Shown: positions 46,787 to 57,973, counted from the first letter of the stretch. The stretch is DNA of 64,000 nucleotides from Candidatus Omnitrophota bacterium (GCA_041650935.1 JBAZKH010000006.1:29505-93504); one strand, 5' to 3'. The notes: generated by a model not told the origin, from the letters alone. Numbers and translations are program-made.

Positions 46787-48861
46787 TGAATTATTACATC
46801 ATTTCCAGCTTAGCCATCATATTATGCGGTTTTGTTTTAGCGGCCTTTGTATTATTCAAAAACATGAAGGGGCTTATCAGCAAGCTATTTGTTTTTTGGA
46901 CAATGAGCGGTGTAGTTTGGGGTTTTGGATTGTATAAATTATTTACCGCCAATTTTCATAATGAGGCACTATTTTGGGGTAAGTTCTCTCATGCCGGTGC
47001 AATCTTTATTCCAGCCTTCTTCTTGCATCTTGTTTACTCCTTAACAAATAAAAAAGCACAAAAAATAGTATTTATAGGATATGCCATTAGTTGTACGTTA
47101 TTGTTGTGTGATTTCACGCCATTATTTATAAAGGATGTAGTAGCAAAGCTGAATTTCAAATATTATTATGTTCCCAACATAGCTTATCATTTCTTTACAT
47201 TATATTTCTTTTCAGGAATAACGTATGCTCATTATGTAGCGTATAAACAATTTCGTCTCGAAAGTGGGTTAAAACGTAAGCAACTCAAATGTTTTTTAAT
47301 AGCTTTTGTTCCCGCTTTTTTCGGTGGCTTTACAACATTTTTATTGGTTTATAACATTCCTATCCCCCCAATAGGATTAATCTTAATACCCCCATATACC
47401 ATTATAATCGCATACGCAATCGTGCGTCACCAACTAATGGACATCGAAGTCATAATAAAGAAGACCCTTGTCTTTGCGACGCTATTTACGCTGGTCTTCG
47501 GTATCTTTGTCGGAGTAGCGCTTCTATTACAGCATGTTATCGGCGCCGGCAACAACCTGTTAGGCTTTGCCATAAGCTCTCTTATTATCGTCTTCACCGT
47601 CCGGCCGCTTGAGATATTTCTTATAAAAATCACCGATCGCTATCTATTCCAAAAGAAATACGACTATAAGCATCTCATAAGGGAATTTATGGATGAGTTA
47701 AGGACGATGGTCCTGAATACTGCCGGCATAGCGCAGTCAACGATAGATTTTCTCAATACCTCTATCCGTCCCACGATTGCCGCGGTCTTTTTGTATAATA
47801 AATTTACGAATAAATACGATCTTATAACTTCCAGCGATTTTAAAGAGAAAGATTTTAAGATAGCAAATGATTCAATGACTATCAAAGCATTAGGCGAGAC
47901 CGGCAAGATCATAAAAATAAACGATGACAAGCTGATCTCTTTGAAAGAACGGGATCAATTCATAGTGTTAGGTATCGGATTAATAATCCCCCTTTTAATA
48001 CATAAAGAATTGATAGGCCTTCTTTGCTTGGGGAAGAAAAAATCAGATGAAGATTATGCGGAAGAAGATATTGAAACATTATCCGGCCTGTCGGGCGCTT
48101 TAGCGATCTCGCTTAATAATGCTCAACTTTTTGACGAAAGGGCTGACGCGGAGAAGAGGGCGCTCGTTGGCACAATTGCGACAGGCATTAATCACGAGAT
48201 TGGCAACCCTCTTAATATAATAACGATAAAACTCGACACTTTCAGGATATTGGCAAAAGAAGGTTTACTCGCCCATAAGACTAAAGAAGAAATAATAGAC
48301 GAAGTCGATAAGATGACAAAGATCTGTCTCGATAGCACCCAGAGGATCGCCGAAATAACAAAGCAGGTAGCCGAGTTTGCCAAACCGGATAAGAAACTGA
48401 TTTTCGACAAGGTCAATGTTAATGAAACTATCGATGAAACTATAGTTTTTCTTAAGCATGGAATGATTCTGGATGCCGGGAAGATCGAAAAAAATATTTT
48501 GTGCGATCCTGTTTACGCGATAGCGGACAGGGGCCAGCTAAAGCAGATCCTTTTTAACCTGATTAAGAATGCTTCTCACGCGATCGATAATGAAACCGGT
48601 AGAATAGTGGTAAGCGTTGACAGGAATAACGTGGGAGAGATTATCATTAAAATTACTGACAATGGTCATGGGATGCCGAAAAATGTTTTAGAGAAGGTAT
48701 TCACGCCATTTTTTACAACTAAAGAACCGGGAAAAGGCACCGGACTTGGCCTTGCCCTGGTGAAAATTATGATAGATAGAAACAACGCCAAAATTAAAGT
48801 TGAAAGCGAGGAGGGGGAGGGGACAACCTTTACCCTGGTTTTTAAGGGAGGCCTATTATGA
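46786..48861 (+). CDS. Sensor histidine kinase, paralog of ORF 104-2311 (7TM-like N-terminus, GAF-like middle, HisKA/HATPase_c)
   Basis: Shares VRHQLMDIEVIIKKTLVFATLF and ITDRYLFQKKYDY blocks with the first kinase. H-box INHEIGNPL. C-terminal GHGMP...GKGTGLGLALV...GTTFTLVF. Confidence 0.8.
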   Translation: MNYYIISSLAIILCGFVLAAFVLFKNMKGLISKLFVFWTMSGVVWGFGLYKLFTANFHNEALFWGKFSHAGAIFIPAFFLHLVYSLTNKKAQKIVFIGYAISCTLLLCDFTPLFIKDVVAKLNFKYYYVPNIAYHFFTLYFFSGITYAHYVAYKQFRLESGLKRKQLKCFLIAFVPAFFGGFTTFLLVYNIPIPPIGLILIPPYTIIIAYAIVRHQLMDIEVIIKKTLVFATLFTLVFGIFVGVALLLQHVIGAGNNLLGFAISSLIIVFTVRPLEIFLIKITDRYLFQKKYDYKHLIREFMDELRTMVLNTAGIAQSTIDFLNTSIRPTIAAVFLYNKFTNKYDLITSSDFKEKDFKIANDSMTIKALGETGKIIKINDDKLISLKERDQFIVLGIGLIIPLLIHKELIGLLCLGKKKSDEDYAEEDIETLSGLSGALAISLNNAQLFDERADAEKRALVGTIATGINHEIGNPLNIITIKLDTFRILAKEGLLAHKTKEEIIDEVDKMTKICLDSTQRIAEITKQVAEFAKPDKKLIFDKVNVNETIDETIVFLKHGMILDAGKIEKNILCDPVYAIADRGQLKQILFNLIKNASHAIDNETGRIVVSVDRNNVGEIIIKITDNGHGMPKNVLEKVFTPFFTTKEPGKGTGLGLALVKIMIDRNNAKIKVESEEGEGTTFTLVFKGGLL

Positions 48862-49220
48862 GTAAAAAAATTCTCATATTGGATGATGAAGGCGAATATT
48901 TAGTCTCTTTAGGCAATTTTTTACAAGAATTCAAATTTGCGGTTTGCATAACAATGACAACCACGCAGGCGCTCGAGACTATCAAGCTCGATAAGCCGGA
49001 CCTGGTATTATTCGATTATAAATTACCGGATATGGACGGCGACCATTTTCTTAAAAAGGCCAAGGAACTTAGCCCGTCAACTTCTTATATATTAATCACG
49101 GCATGGAATGACCCCGTCATCTTAGAAAGATTCAAAAAAATGGGCGTAAAAGAAGTGATTGTAAAACCTATTAATCTCGAAGAGCTTCTAAAAAGCATTA
49201 ACATTATCCTTAAAGAGTAA
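48858..49220 (+). CDS. Response regulator, receiver domain only
   Basis: KILILDDEG...LVLFDYKLPDMDG...YILITAW. Coupled to the upstream kinase. Confidence 0.75.
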   Translation: MSKKILILDDEGEYLVSLGNFLQEFKFAVCITMTTTQALETIKLDKPDLVLFDYKLPDMDGDHFLKKAKELSPSTSYILITAWNDPVILERFKKMGVKEVIVKPINLEELLKSINIILKE

Positions 49221-49245
49221 ATTCCTGATATGGTACAGTTTTTCA

Positions 49246-52200
49246 TTGACAATTGCTAAAAAAAGCGTATACTTTTTTACAATAAATATGACGCGTAATT
49301 CCCTGATCAAAAACTTCGCGCTTGCATTTTTATTTACCACCCTTATAATTTATGCCAATCCGGCATATGCCGCCAATCGTTCCCCCGCAGTAGGTGTAAT
49401 TACTCCCGATAATGGCACGTCGGCCCCGACACAGCGTGTAACATTTACGACCAGCTATTCCGATCCCGACGGCGCAAGCGATATAAGCCTTGCGCACCTT
49501 CTTATTAATACTACAGCAACCCCGCAAAATTGTTTCGCGGCCTACTACGACAATAAGCTCAATAAGCTTTATTTTGCAAACGATAAGGGTGTTATGGTAG
49601 GAGGGTATACTCCGGGTTCGTCCAGAACGATATCGAATTCGTATTGTAAACTCGAATGCTCTAAGACGGTGGTTGCCAAAACCGCCAATACCATTACCGT
49701 AACCTGGATGGTGGTCTTTAAACGGTCGTTCTCGGGGACGATCTATGACGCCTATCTGAAGGTAAACGATAAACAGAATGCTTCCACCGGCTGGGTCAAA
49801 AAGGGTGCATGGGCTGTAAATTTCCCGCCCAAGGTTGGCACGCTTAGTCCATCAAGGGGGACTTCCGTGCCGGGTCAAGAGATAATTATCTCTTCCAAGT
49901 ATCGGGATCGCGATAAAGGCGATAATATAAAACTTGCCTACCTGTTAATAAACACTTCGACCGAATGTCGGAATTGCCCGGCCGTATACTACGACAATAG
50001 CGCGAATAAGCTCTACATGTTGAATGATCAGGGAGACACAAGTGTCGGAGGCTTTGCCCCGGGATCTTCCAATATTATCGAAAATTCTTATTGCAAGCTT
50101 AATTGTTCCGCTACGCAAGTTACCAAGTTCAGCACCAATATGACCGTAAAATGGGACGTGACTTTTAAGCACCTTTTTGCCGGCAAGACTTACGACGTTT
50201 ATTTAAAGGCGGTCGATAAGACAGACTCTTCAACGGGCTGGGTTAAGAAGGGTGTGCGGATGGTGAAGGTTACGGATACAGTTGCGCCCGTTGGCAAGGT
50301 TGTGATAAATAGCGGAGCCGAATATACCAATACTGCAGCGACGAATCTGAAGCTATCGGCACAGGATAATTCCGGCGGGTCAGGGCTTTCTCAGATGCGG
50401 TTTTCGAACGATGACGTCAATTGGTCCTCTCCAGAAGCATATGCCACTACGAAGACGTGGATGTTGTCGTCCGGCGACGGGAATAAGACGGTCTATGTTA
50501 AGTTTTCTGACCTTGCAGGCAATTGGTCGAGTGCCTATTCCGATTCGATAAAACTCGATACCATACCGCCGCGTGTGATTATAACCAGCCCGCAGGATGG
50601 CGCTATTGTTACTGTCCCCGATCTTACCGTGAGTTATACATCCGACGGTGTTTCGAAGACAAAACAGCTTACGCTTCTGGAAGGCGATAATCTTATAACG
50701 ATAACAGAGACAGATCAGGCGGGGAATATCGGTACGGCATCGATGCATGTAAGGTTAAATACGGTCCCGCCGATACCTATAACCGACGTTAATGTTTCAC
50801 CAGGCATCATCTCGCCTAATGGAGACGGAAAAGCGGATACCGCCACTATCAACGCTACTGCCGGCATCCCTTGCGACTACACGATCACGATAAAAAACTC
50901 CTCTGGCACACCCGTAAAGACATTCCAAGGCCACAGTGCTACAGGAGCTATCTCCCGTGTCTGGGACGGTAAGAACGGATCGGGCGCCACTCAACCCGAA
51001 GGCACATATACCTACTATATAGACGTCACCGACGGGGTAAGCACAGCCCACACTGTTCCGCAAGCCATATATATCGATATTACTTCCCCTCAGGCAAGTG
51101 TCGTAGCTCCGTTAGCGGGCAATATCTCAGGAACTGTTCCTATAAAGGTCCTCGCAAATGACAGCCGGTGGAGGCAGGGTGATTGGAGCGCCGCCACATT
51201 ATACTACGGTCAGGGTTCAAGCCCTTCGCAGTGGATCATGCTAAATCGTTCTTATCTTCCGCTTGTTCTGGATAACGAAGGCCAGGCACCCGTGTTGTAC
51301 AGTTGGGATACCACAACTCTCGCAAACGGCGACTATGTTATAAAGTGGGTGGTTGTCGATGCTGCCGATAACGTTACGACTGTCAATGTGCCTGTAACAG
51401 TAACCAACGCCGGCCCTGACATAGCCAACCTCACCGTCGCCCCGAACCCGTTCTCGCCCGACGGAAGCGGGACGTGGATAGACCTTACGACCGGTGAGGT
51501 CTTCCAGGATCCAGGCCCGAACCGCGTCCTGGATGACATTGCGGCTATATCGTTCAATGTCTCAACCCACAGCTTCTTCAACATACGCGTGCTCGATTCT
51601 TCGGATAATCTAGTCAAACAACTTGTTTATAGCGCTCTCTATCCCGACTCCGCAACCCATAAGATCGAATTACAATGGGATGGCCGTAACGATAGCGGCG
51701 CATTAGTGCCTAATGGCCAGTACAAACTTGTTGTGAACGGGGGAAGTGTCCAGAAGGAAAAGTCTATCAACATAACTGTCGACAAAATGCCGTTTATCAC
51801 CGTTGCCAATATAGCCCCGAATCCTTTTTCACCAGATGGCGATGGTACCGACGAAGTTACCGCCATCTCTTACAATATTTCCGAAATATCGTATGTTACA
51901 GTCGAAATTTATAATCAGCAAAATTCTTTGGTTCGTACCCTGGTCAATCGTGAGCTGTTCCCGGCTGGAGATCATCTTCATATCTGGGATGGTAAAGACG
52001 CCCAGGGCGCAGCTATTCCAGAGGGTAGATATACAATAAAGATTAGCGCCCAGGCTCAAACCGGAAACGATGCTGAACCTGTCTATCTGAACGTAGGCGT
52101 CCTCTTCATTTCCAACATACATATCTCGACAGATAGTATAAATCCTTACGTGGGCGATACGGTCAGCATAATTTATCAGATGGCAAAGAGCAGTGTCCTC

Positions 52201-53034
52201 ACCATAAAGGTTTACGATCCGTCAAATTCCCCGGTGCGGACTCTTATATCGAACCAGAGCCGGCAGGCAGGGGCTCATTCCGAAGTTTGGAACGGCAGAG
52301 ATAACGCAAATCAGATCGTGAATGATGGACCGTACTACTTCGTGATTGAAGATAGCGCAAGCGGCCTGCCTCAGGTAATTTACGACCCGCGCGGGACAGG
52401 AGGAAAGGATATTTCGAAAAGCATAAATTTTGCTGCCTCTAATTTTAATCCGCTGCTCAACCAGTTTTGTATTATGAATTATAATCTGCCCCAGGCCGCC
52501 AGGATCAATATCAAAGTCCGCAGTGAGAGGTTCAGCGGCCCTGCCATCAAGGTGATAAGGTACGAGGAGCCGACCGCGCACGGTATCCATCAGGCTACCT
52601 GGGACGGCAGGGATGAATCCGGCAACTTTGTCGATATGAGATCATTCACATTCGGCCTTTGGGGGTATACACTCGATGAGAATTCTGTCATAGTCTGCGG
52701 CGGCAGGCCCGTCATAAGCGATCTAAACGTAAGCCCGGTACGGTTCAGCCCATATGTCAATCCTTATAGCACGAATGCTTCCCAGGCAACCGTATCGTTT
52801 AATCTCTCGAAGCTTGCGGACGTCACGATAAATATTTATAATTCCAAAGGTAATTTAGTGCGCGCGCTGGTGACTAATCAGGCAAGCGCTCAGGGCGCCA
52901 ATGCCTTTGTGTGGGACGGCAAAGATAACTCCGGGAACCTTGTCCCTAACGACTATTACAGGATAATGGTCCAGGCCGGTAAGAATGGTAACTATTCGGA
53001 AACGTGTACGGCGCATAGCGAAATATGTTATTAA
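49246..53034 (+). CDS. Giant secreted surface protein with duplicated N-terminal modules and multiple FlgD-Ig-like repeats
   Basis: Signal peptide present. Two homologous N-terminal modules, each ...SDPDGASDISLAHLLINT...YYDNKLNKLYF... Repeated NPFSPDGDG...(V/I)YN...LVRTL Ig-like units. Confidence 0.5.
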   Translation: MTIAKKSVYFFTINMTRNSLIKNFALAFLFTTLIIYANPAYAANRSPAVGVITPDNGTSAPTQRVTFTTSYSDPDGASDISLAHLLINTTATPQNCFAAYYDNKLNKLYFANDKGVMVGGYTPGSSRTISNSYCKLECSKTVVAKTANTITVTWMVVFKRSFSGTIYDAYLKVNDKQNASTGWVKKGAWAVNFPPKVGTLSPSRGTSVPGQEIIISSKYRDRDKGDNIKLAYLLINTSTECRNCPAVYYDNSANKLYMLNDQGDTSVGGFAPGSSNIIENSYCKLNCSATQVTKFSTNMTVKWDVTFKHLFAGKTYDVYLKAVDKTDSSTGWVKKGVRMVKVTDTVAPVGKVVINSGAEYTNTAATNLKLSAQDNSGGSGLSQMRFSNDDVNWSSPEAYATTKTWMLSSGDGNKTVYVKFSDLAGNWSSAYSDSIKLDTIPPRVIITSPQDGAIVTVPDLTVSYTSDGVSKTKQLTLLEGDNLITITETDQAGNIGTASMHVRLNTVPPIPITDVNVSPGIISPNGDGKADTATINATAGIPCDYTITIKNSSGTPVKTFQGHSATGAISRVWDGKNGSGATQPEGTYTYYIDVTDGVSTAHTVPQAIYIDITSPQASVVAPLAGNISGTVPIKVLANDSRWRQGDWSAATLYYGQGSSPSQWIMLNRSYLPLVLDNEGQAPVLYSWDTTTLANGDYVIKWVVVDAADNVTTVNVPVTVTNAGPDIANLTVAPNPFSPDGSGTWIDLTTGEVFQDPGPNRVLDDIAAISFNVSTHSFFNIRVLDSSDNLVKQLVYSALYPDSATHKIELQWDGRNDSGALVPNGQYKLVVNGGSVQKEKSINITVDKMPFITVANIAPNPFSPDGDGTDEVTAISYNISEISYVTVEIYNQQNSLVRTLVNRELFPAGDHLHIWDGKDAQGAAIPEGRYTIKISAQAQTGNDAEPVYLNVGVLFISNIHISTDSINPYVGDTVSIIYQMAKSSVLTIKVYDPSNSPVRTLISNQSRQAGAHSEVWNGRDNANQIVNDGPYYFVIEDSASGLPQVIYDPRGTGGKDISKSINFAASNFNPLLNQFCIMNYNLPQAARINIKVRSERFSGPAIKVIRYEEPTAHGIHQATWDGRDESGNFVDMRSFTFGLWGYTLDENSVIVCGGRPVISDLNVSPVRFSPYVNPYSTNASQATVSFNLSKLADVTINIYNSKGNLVRALVTNQASAQGANAFVWDGKDNSGNLVPNDYYRIMVQAGKNGNYSETCTAHSEICY

Positions 53035-53049
53035 GACAAGAGGACGAAG

Positions 53050-53466
53050 ATGATTAAAAGAATTGTTCTGACCCTGTTTCTCGTAAGCGCGTTTACCGTT
53101 TTCGCCTCGGCGGCGGAAAAATTGCCTAAGAATGCGGTAAACGTAAAATTGGTATTTCCCGCCGCCGCTAATACCGCAATGAGGGCGCCGGCGCCCATAG
53201 CGGAACCGCAGGAGATAGCCGGGCAGGTCTTCGTCGATTTTGTGCCGCACCCGGAGGGCGTTGAGAAGGACAGATACCTTGTGGAATATTTTTTAGACGA
53301 CCAGCTTATTTATAAAACTACGGCAAGCGGAACGTTTAAATATACGCTGGATACCGCGAAATACGAAAACGGCCGGCATAAACTCATAGTAAACTTCTGG
53401 GATGATTCAGGCCCGTCGGCTATCGGTGTACGGGAAGTAGTGATAAATAATAAGTCGGGGGCGTAG
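53050..53466 (+). CDS. Small secreted protein
   Basis: Signal peptide (MIKRIVLTLFLVSAFTVFASA). Sits immediately upstream of the Rhs gene. Confidence 0.3.
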   Translation: MIKRIVLTLFLVSAFTVFASAAEKLPKNAVNVKLVFPAAANTAMRAPAPIAEPQEIAGQVFVDFVPHPEGVEKDRYLVEYFLDDQLIYKTTASGTFKYTLDTAKYENGRHKLIVNFWDDSGPSAIGVREVVINNKSGA

Positions 53467-53467
53467 A

Positions 53468-56400
53468 ATGAAAAGAGCGCGTTCAAAAATATCGGCCGGC
53501 ATTGCGCTAGTATTCTTCGCGGCCAATCTGTTTTTACCCTCCAACTCATTCGCAGAACTACCATGCTGGAACGATAGCTGGCTCGCCTCTGCTACAGGCG
53601 GGGTTGCCGGCGCTACCGGGGCTCAAAAAGGCGATTTCAACAAGAAGGGCTGCACGAAGGCCGGCGATCCGGTCGACGTCGCTAACGGCTGTTACTCCTA
53701 CCGGATCCAGGACGCTATTATCCCGTCACGCGGCCTAAATCTCGAGATAACGCGTTACTACAACTCTCTCGATATATACGAAGGCCCGTTCGGCATCGGC
53801 TGGAGCCATAACTACAACATATTCCTGCTGCCGACTTCAGACGGAAACGAGGTGTATGTCATAAGACGTAACGCCGACGGCTCCAAAGATAAATTCCTTC
53901 GAAATCCCGACGGGTCATACGCCGCGCCTGCCGGCTGTTACGACACTCTTACAAAGGACATGTCGGGCTACACCATCCGTGATAAGCATGGTTCAAGGCA
54001 GGCCTTTAGCCTGGACGGAAAACTTATGTATGTTTCCGATAGAAATTCGAACAGGATTTATTTTGAGTACGATCCGGCGACCGGAGTCTTAAAGAAAGCC
54101 GCCGATTCTCTCGGCAGGTGCTTCGAATTCACTTACAATTCGAGCCACAAAGTAACTTCGATAAAAGATCATACCGGCCGCGTAAATAGCTACGGCTATG
54201 ACGGCGCCGGCAATATGACCACACACACCGGACCTGGGACCGATGGCTATCCTGCCGGCCTTACGACGGGCTATTCCTACGATAGCCAGCACAGGATAGA
54301 ATCGATCACCGATCCTAAGGGGCAGACATATCTATCGATAGTCTACAATGACGACGGCCGGGTATGGCGTCTCACCTACGGCGCGGGCGTATATGTCTTC
54401 GCCTATCAGGCCAACCTAACCATATTAACCGACCCAAGGGGCAATGTCGTAGAATATGTGCTGAACCCCGATGGCACGGTCAAGGCTAAGAAACAGAACG
54501 GCCGCCAGACAAGGTACGAATACAATGCGGCCAGGGAACGTGTGAAAGTCTTCCATCCGAGGGGTAACTGGGTCAAATATGCCTATGACGATAAGGGCAA
54601 TATCCTTGAGGTCAGGGAGAAGATGATAAACGCTCCTGACGTCGAAGACGCGGCAAACGATATTTTGACAAGATTCGCTTATGAACCGGACTTTAATTTT
54701 ATAAAGACCGTTACCGACCCGATGGGCAATGTGACATCTTATACTTATGATGGGGCAGGTAACTTAAAAAAGATCACTTACCCGCAGGTGAACGGCGCGG
54801 TGCCGATAGTCGAATTAAGTTACAATACCTACGGCCAGCTCGAAACCGTTACCGACCCTAACAGTATAGTGGCCAAATACACCTATTATCCCGACTCGTG
54901 GTATTTAAATAAGATAATATGCGATTACGGCACGGGAAGGTTTAATTACACGACCGAGTACGCATATGACCAGGCCGGCAACGTCGCTTCGATTAAAGAC
55001 CCGCAAGGTTACACGACTACCTTCCAGCATAACGCGCTTAACCAGGTTACGAGATCGATCGCGCCTGCGCCCTTTAGCTATGTTACAAAATATTTCTACG
55101 ACAAGACCGGTAACGTCGCAAGGGCGGAGCGGCAGACAAACGATAACGGAACGGCATGGCAGATCACAGTCTACAGATACAATATCGCGGACAAGCTCGA
55201 GACGGTCACCGATAACCTCGGCAACGTCACTACCTTCGGCTACGACGAAAATTATAACCGCACTTCCGCGCGTGACGCGGAATTGAAGATCACAACCTAT
55301 TTTTACGAGGAGAGAGACCTTCTCTGGAAGGTGATAGACGCCGAAGGCAATACTACAGAGTACGCATATGATGAGAACGGCAACTTAAAAGAAGTTAAAG
55401 ACCCATCAGGCAACCTTACCGTATATACCTACGACGACTTCGACCGGCTGACGAAAACCACGTATGCCGATAGTTCAGCAGAAGAGTATATTTATGATAC
55501 TAACTCGAACATTACTTATAAGACGTTGCCCGATGCAAAGATCGTCTATTATGAATACGATGCCCTCAACAGGCTTATCGGGAAAGGGTTTTCCCCGAAG
55601 TGGGTACTTCCTTCGAGTATAGTTACATACGGCTACGATACCGCTTCGCGATTAACCGATGTCGTGGCTTCGGCCGGTACGACCCATTACGGTTACGACA
55701 ACCTCAATCGCGTTACCAATATAACGTACCCGGATACAAAGCAAGTCTCCTATGAATACGACGCCAATTCTAATCGTACGAAGTTTGTCTACCCTGACGC
55801 AAGTTTTATAACGTACGAATACGACCACCTAAACAGGTTGAGCGCGATAAAAGACGCCTCATCCCAGCCGGTAGTCAGATACTCTTACGACGCCTTATCG
55901 AGACGCGCGAAGACGACCTACGCTAACAGCACCGAGATCGCTTACTCCTATGACGGCCTGAATCGTCTCGAAGAGATCGCCAGCCATAAGACCGGTGAAC
56001 CGGCCAATATTTCGCAGTATTCCTACACATACGATAAGGCAGGCAACCGTAAAACGATGACGGCTTCGGAAGGCGTCCACAGTTACACCTACGACGATAT
56101 CTACCAGTTAAAGACAGCGAGCTATCCCGGCGGATACTTTTTGCCAAGCGTGGCTTTTGACTATGACGCGGCAGGTAATCGTACTTCAAGTACTGGAGAC
56201 GCAGTAATAAGCTATGTCCCGAATAGCCTCAACCAGTACGCCTCGGTTGGCGGTGTAAACTATTCCTACGATCCTAATGGTAATCTTACAAATTCTGCCA
56301 CGAATACATACAGTTACGACTATGAGAATAGACTTACCTCAGCTACCACGCCCAGCCATACAGCAAGCTATGGTTACGATGCGTTCGGCAGGCGTATCTC

Positions 56401-57244
56401 TAAGACGGTGGATGGGGTTACCACCACTTATCTTTACGACGGTGATGACATAATTGCTGAATATGATAGTTCAGGTAACCTTGTAACTAAATACGTCTAT
56501 GGAGATAGCATAGACGAGCCAGTCTGTATGATGACCGCTGGTAGCGGAGGTTTCAACCTCCGCTACTATCACTACGACGGTCTTGGTTCAGTAACAAATC
56601 TTACAGACTCAACTGGGGCGACAGTTGAGAGTTACTCCTACGATGTCTTTGGTAAGCCCAGTACAGTTTCAGCCGTGGGTAACAGGTATATGTTTACGGG
56701 GAGAGAATATGATGCGGAGACGGGATTATATCACTATCGGGCAAGAGCTTACTCGCCAGAGCTTGGGAGGTTTTTACAAACTGACCCGATTGGATATTGG
56801 GGCGGTATAAATCTTTATACTTACTGTGATAATAATCCTGTAAGTTATATTGACCCATTGGGGTTATTCGTTTTTGGAAAGCGTCCTTTGGAAGGGAAGC
56901 CTTGGTTTGATAATGCTTCTGATAATAGAGCAGATGATTACTTGAATACGGAACTCTCTCACGAGCACGGATTCTTTGAAGATGGCTCTGGGGAAAATGT
57001 TGGATTCGGCCCAAAAGGACGTTTCTCAGAAGACCCGATGGGTAAAGGATATAGATATGGCACCGAGCATTATGATGACGAACTTATGCGGGAAGCTTTG
57101 AAAAATGTAAAAGACGGCAAGTATTCTAATTGGCCTTGGAGTAAGAACAACTGTCAAGACTGGGCAGAACGGTTGCGTAGAGAATATGAAAGACTGAAGA
57201 AAGAAAAAGAGAGAAACCAAACCAAGTGCAAAGGTAAAAAATAA
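53468..57244 (+). CDS. Rhs/YD-repeat polymorphic toxin with C-terminal variable toxin domain
   Basis: Signal peptide, many YD repeats (YEYDANSNRT, YSYDALSRR, ...). The RHS core ends YRARAYSPELGRFLQTDPIGYWGGINLYTYCDNNPVSYIDPLGL, followed by a roughly 125-aa unique C-terminal domain. Confidence 0.85.
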   Translation: MKRARSKISAGIALVFFAANLFLPSNSFAELPCWNDSWLASATGGVAGATGAQKGDFNKKGCTKAGDPVDVANGCYSYRIQDAIIPSRGLNLEITRYYNSLDIYEGPFGIGWSHNYNIFLLPTSDGNEVYVIRRNADGSKDKFLRNPDGSYAAPAGCYDTLTKDMSGYTIRDKHGSRQAFSLDGKLMYVSDRNSNRIYFEYDPATGVLKKAADSLGRCFEFTYNSSHKVTSIKDHTGRVNSYGYDGAGNMTTHTGPGTDGYPAGLTTGYSYDSQHRIESITDPKGQTYLSIVYNDDGRVWRLTYGAGVYVFAYQANLTILTDPRGNVVEYVLNPDGTVKAKKQNGRQTRYEYNAARERVKVFHPRGNWVKYAYDDKGNILEVREKMINAPDVEDAANDILTRFAYEPDFNFIKTVTDPMGNVTSYTYDGAGNLKKITYPQVNGAVPIVELSYNTYGQLETVTDPNSIVAKYTYYPDSWYLNKIICDYGTGRFNYTTEYAYDQAGNVASIKDPQGYTTTFQHNALNQVTRSIAPAPFSYVTKYFYDKTGNVARAERQTNDNGTAWQITVYRYNIADKLETVTDNLGNVTTFGYDENYNRTSARDAELKITTYFYEERDLLWKVIDAEGNTTEYAYDENGNLKEVKDPSGNLTVYTYDDFDRLTKTTYADSSAEEYIYDTNSNITYKTLPDAKIVYYEYDALNRLIGKGFSPKWVLPSSIVTYGYDTASRLTDVVASAGTTHYGYDNLNRVTNITYPDTKQVSYEYDANSNRTKFVYPDASFITYEYDHLNRLSAIKDASSQPVVRYSYDALSRRAKTTYANSTEIAYSYDGLNRLEEIASHKTGEPANISQYSYTYDKAGNRKTMTASEGVHSYTYDDIYQLKTASYPGGYFLPSVAFDYDAAGNRTSSTGDAVISYVPNSLNQYASVGGVNYSYDPNGNLTNSATNTYSYDYENRLTSATTPSHTASYGYDAFGRRISKTVDGVTTTYLYDGDDIIAEYDSSGNLVTKYVYGDSIDEPVCMMTAGSGGFNLRYYHYDGLGSVTNLTDSTGATVESYSYDVFGKPSTVSAVGNRYMFTGREYDAETGLYHYRARAYSPELGRFLQTDPIGYWGGINLYTYCDNNPVSYIDPLGLFVFGKRPLEGKPWFDNASDNRADDYLNTELSHEHGFFEDGSGENVGFGPKGRFSEDPMGKGYRYGTEHYDDELMREALKNVKDGKYSNWPWSKNNCQDWAERLRREYERLKKEKERNQTKCKGKK

Positions 57245-57323
57245 GCGGAAGAAGTAATATAGTTTACAACTTATTCTTTAAGAGATGCGGACGGGTGCGT
57301 GATAAAAAAGAGAGGATGGGAAT

Positions 57324-57932
57324 ATGGTGGTGATGGGTATCGTATTATTACTTATTTTGGTTATATTAGTCGTGATAGTTGTAAAGGCTCCATTACCTTT
57401 GTGGGGGAAAATAGGTTTTTTATTAGTTCTTGTTGTTAGTATTTTCCTTGTAAAGGCCATAAGGGGATTTTTACCTTTACCAATAGGTATACGGCACCTT
57501 GTCAACTTAACGATACAACCAAAGGATTTATATACACCCATAATAACGGACGAGTTTCTGTTTTACGAAAAAGGTTATACTAAAACATACCCTTTAATAG
57601 CCAGGCATCTTGATATTTATGAGTTAGGATTTTTAAGTTGGGAAAATATCATCCCATCAAAGTATAGATTTGATGGAAAGCTACAGGCAGATTTTTTCTG
57701 GAAAGACCAGTTGTTATTCTCCAAGGTAATAACTTCAATCAATAGTGGTGTATATGCTGAAAAAGATATGGCACACTATAAGGAGGTTTCCCTGCTAAAG
57801 TTTGACATACCATTAGAGGGGAAATATGCGAAGAACATTAGCGTTAGAATAACTGTTTTAGAGCCAGCATTAGAATTAAAAGCATACAAAGATTCTGTTA
57901 AGTTTTATGTAGCTGTGAGTTCAACTCCCTAA
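57324..57932 (+). CDS. Putative Rhs immunity protein (membrane-anchored)
   Basis: Immediately downstream of the toxin CT. N-terminal TM helix. Confidence 0.4.
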   Translation: MVVMGIVLLLILVILVVIVVKAPLPLWGKIGFLLVLVVSIFLVKAIRGFLPLPIGIRHLVNLTIQPKDLYTPIITDEFLFYEKGYTKTYPLIARHLDIYELGFLSWENIIPSKYRFDGKLQADFFWKDQLLFSKVITSINSGVYAEKDMAHYKEVSLLKFDIPLEGKYAKNISVRITVLEPALELKAYKDSVKFYVAVSSTP

Positions 57933-57948
57933 ATATAGAGGAAATAGG

Positions 57949-57973
57949 TGCCATCCCAGAAGGTGCCACCCTT
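57949..57973 (+). repeat. REP-like element copy 1 (GGTGCCATCCCAGAAGGTGCCACCC)
   Basis: Identical 25-mer at 59287-59311 and as reverse complement at 60019-60043. All three are preceded by GAAATA. Confidence 0.7.
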
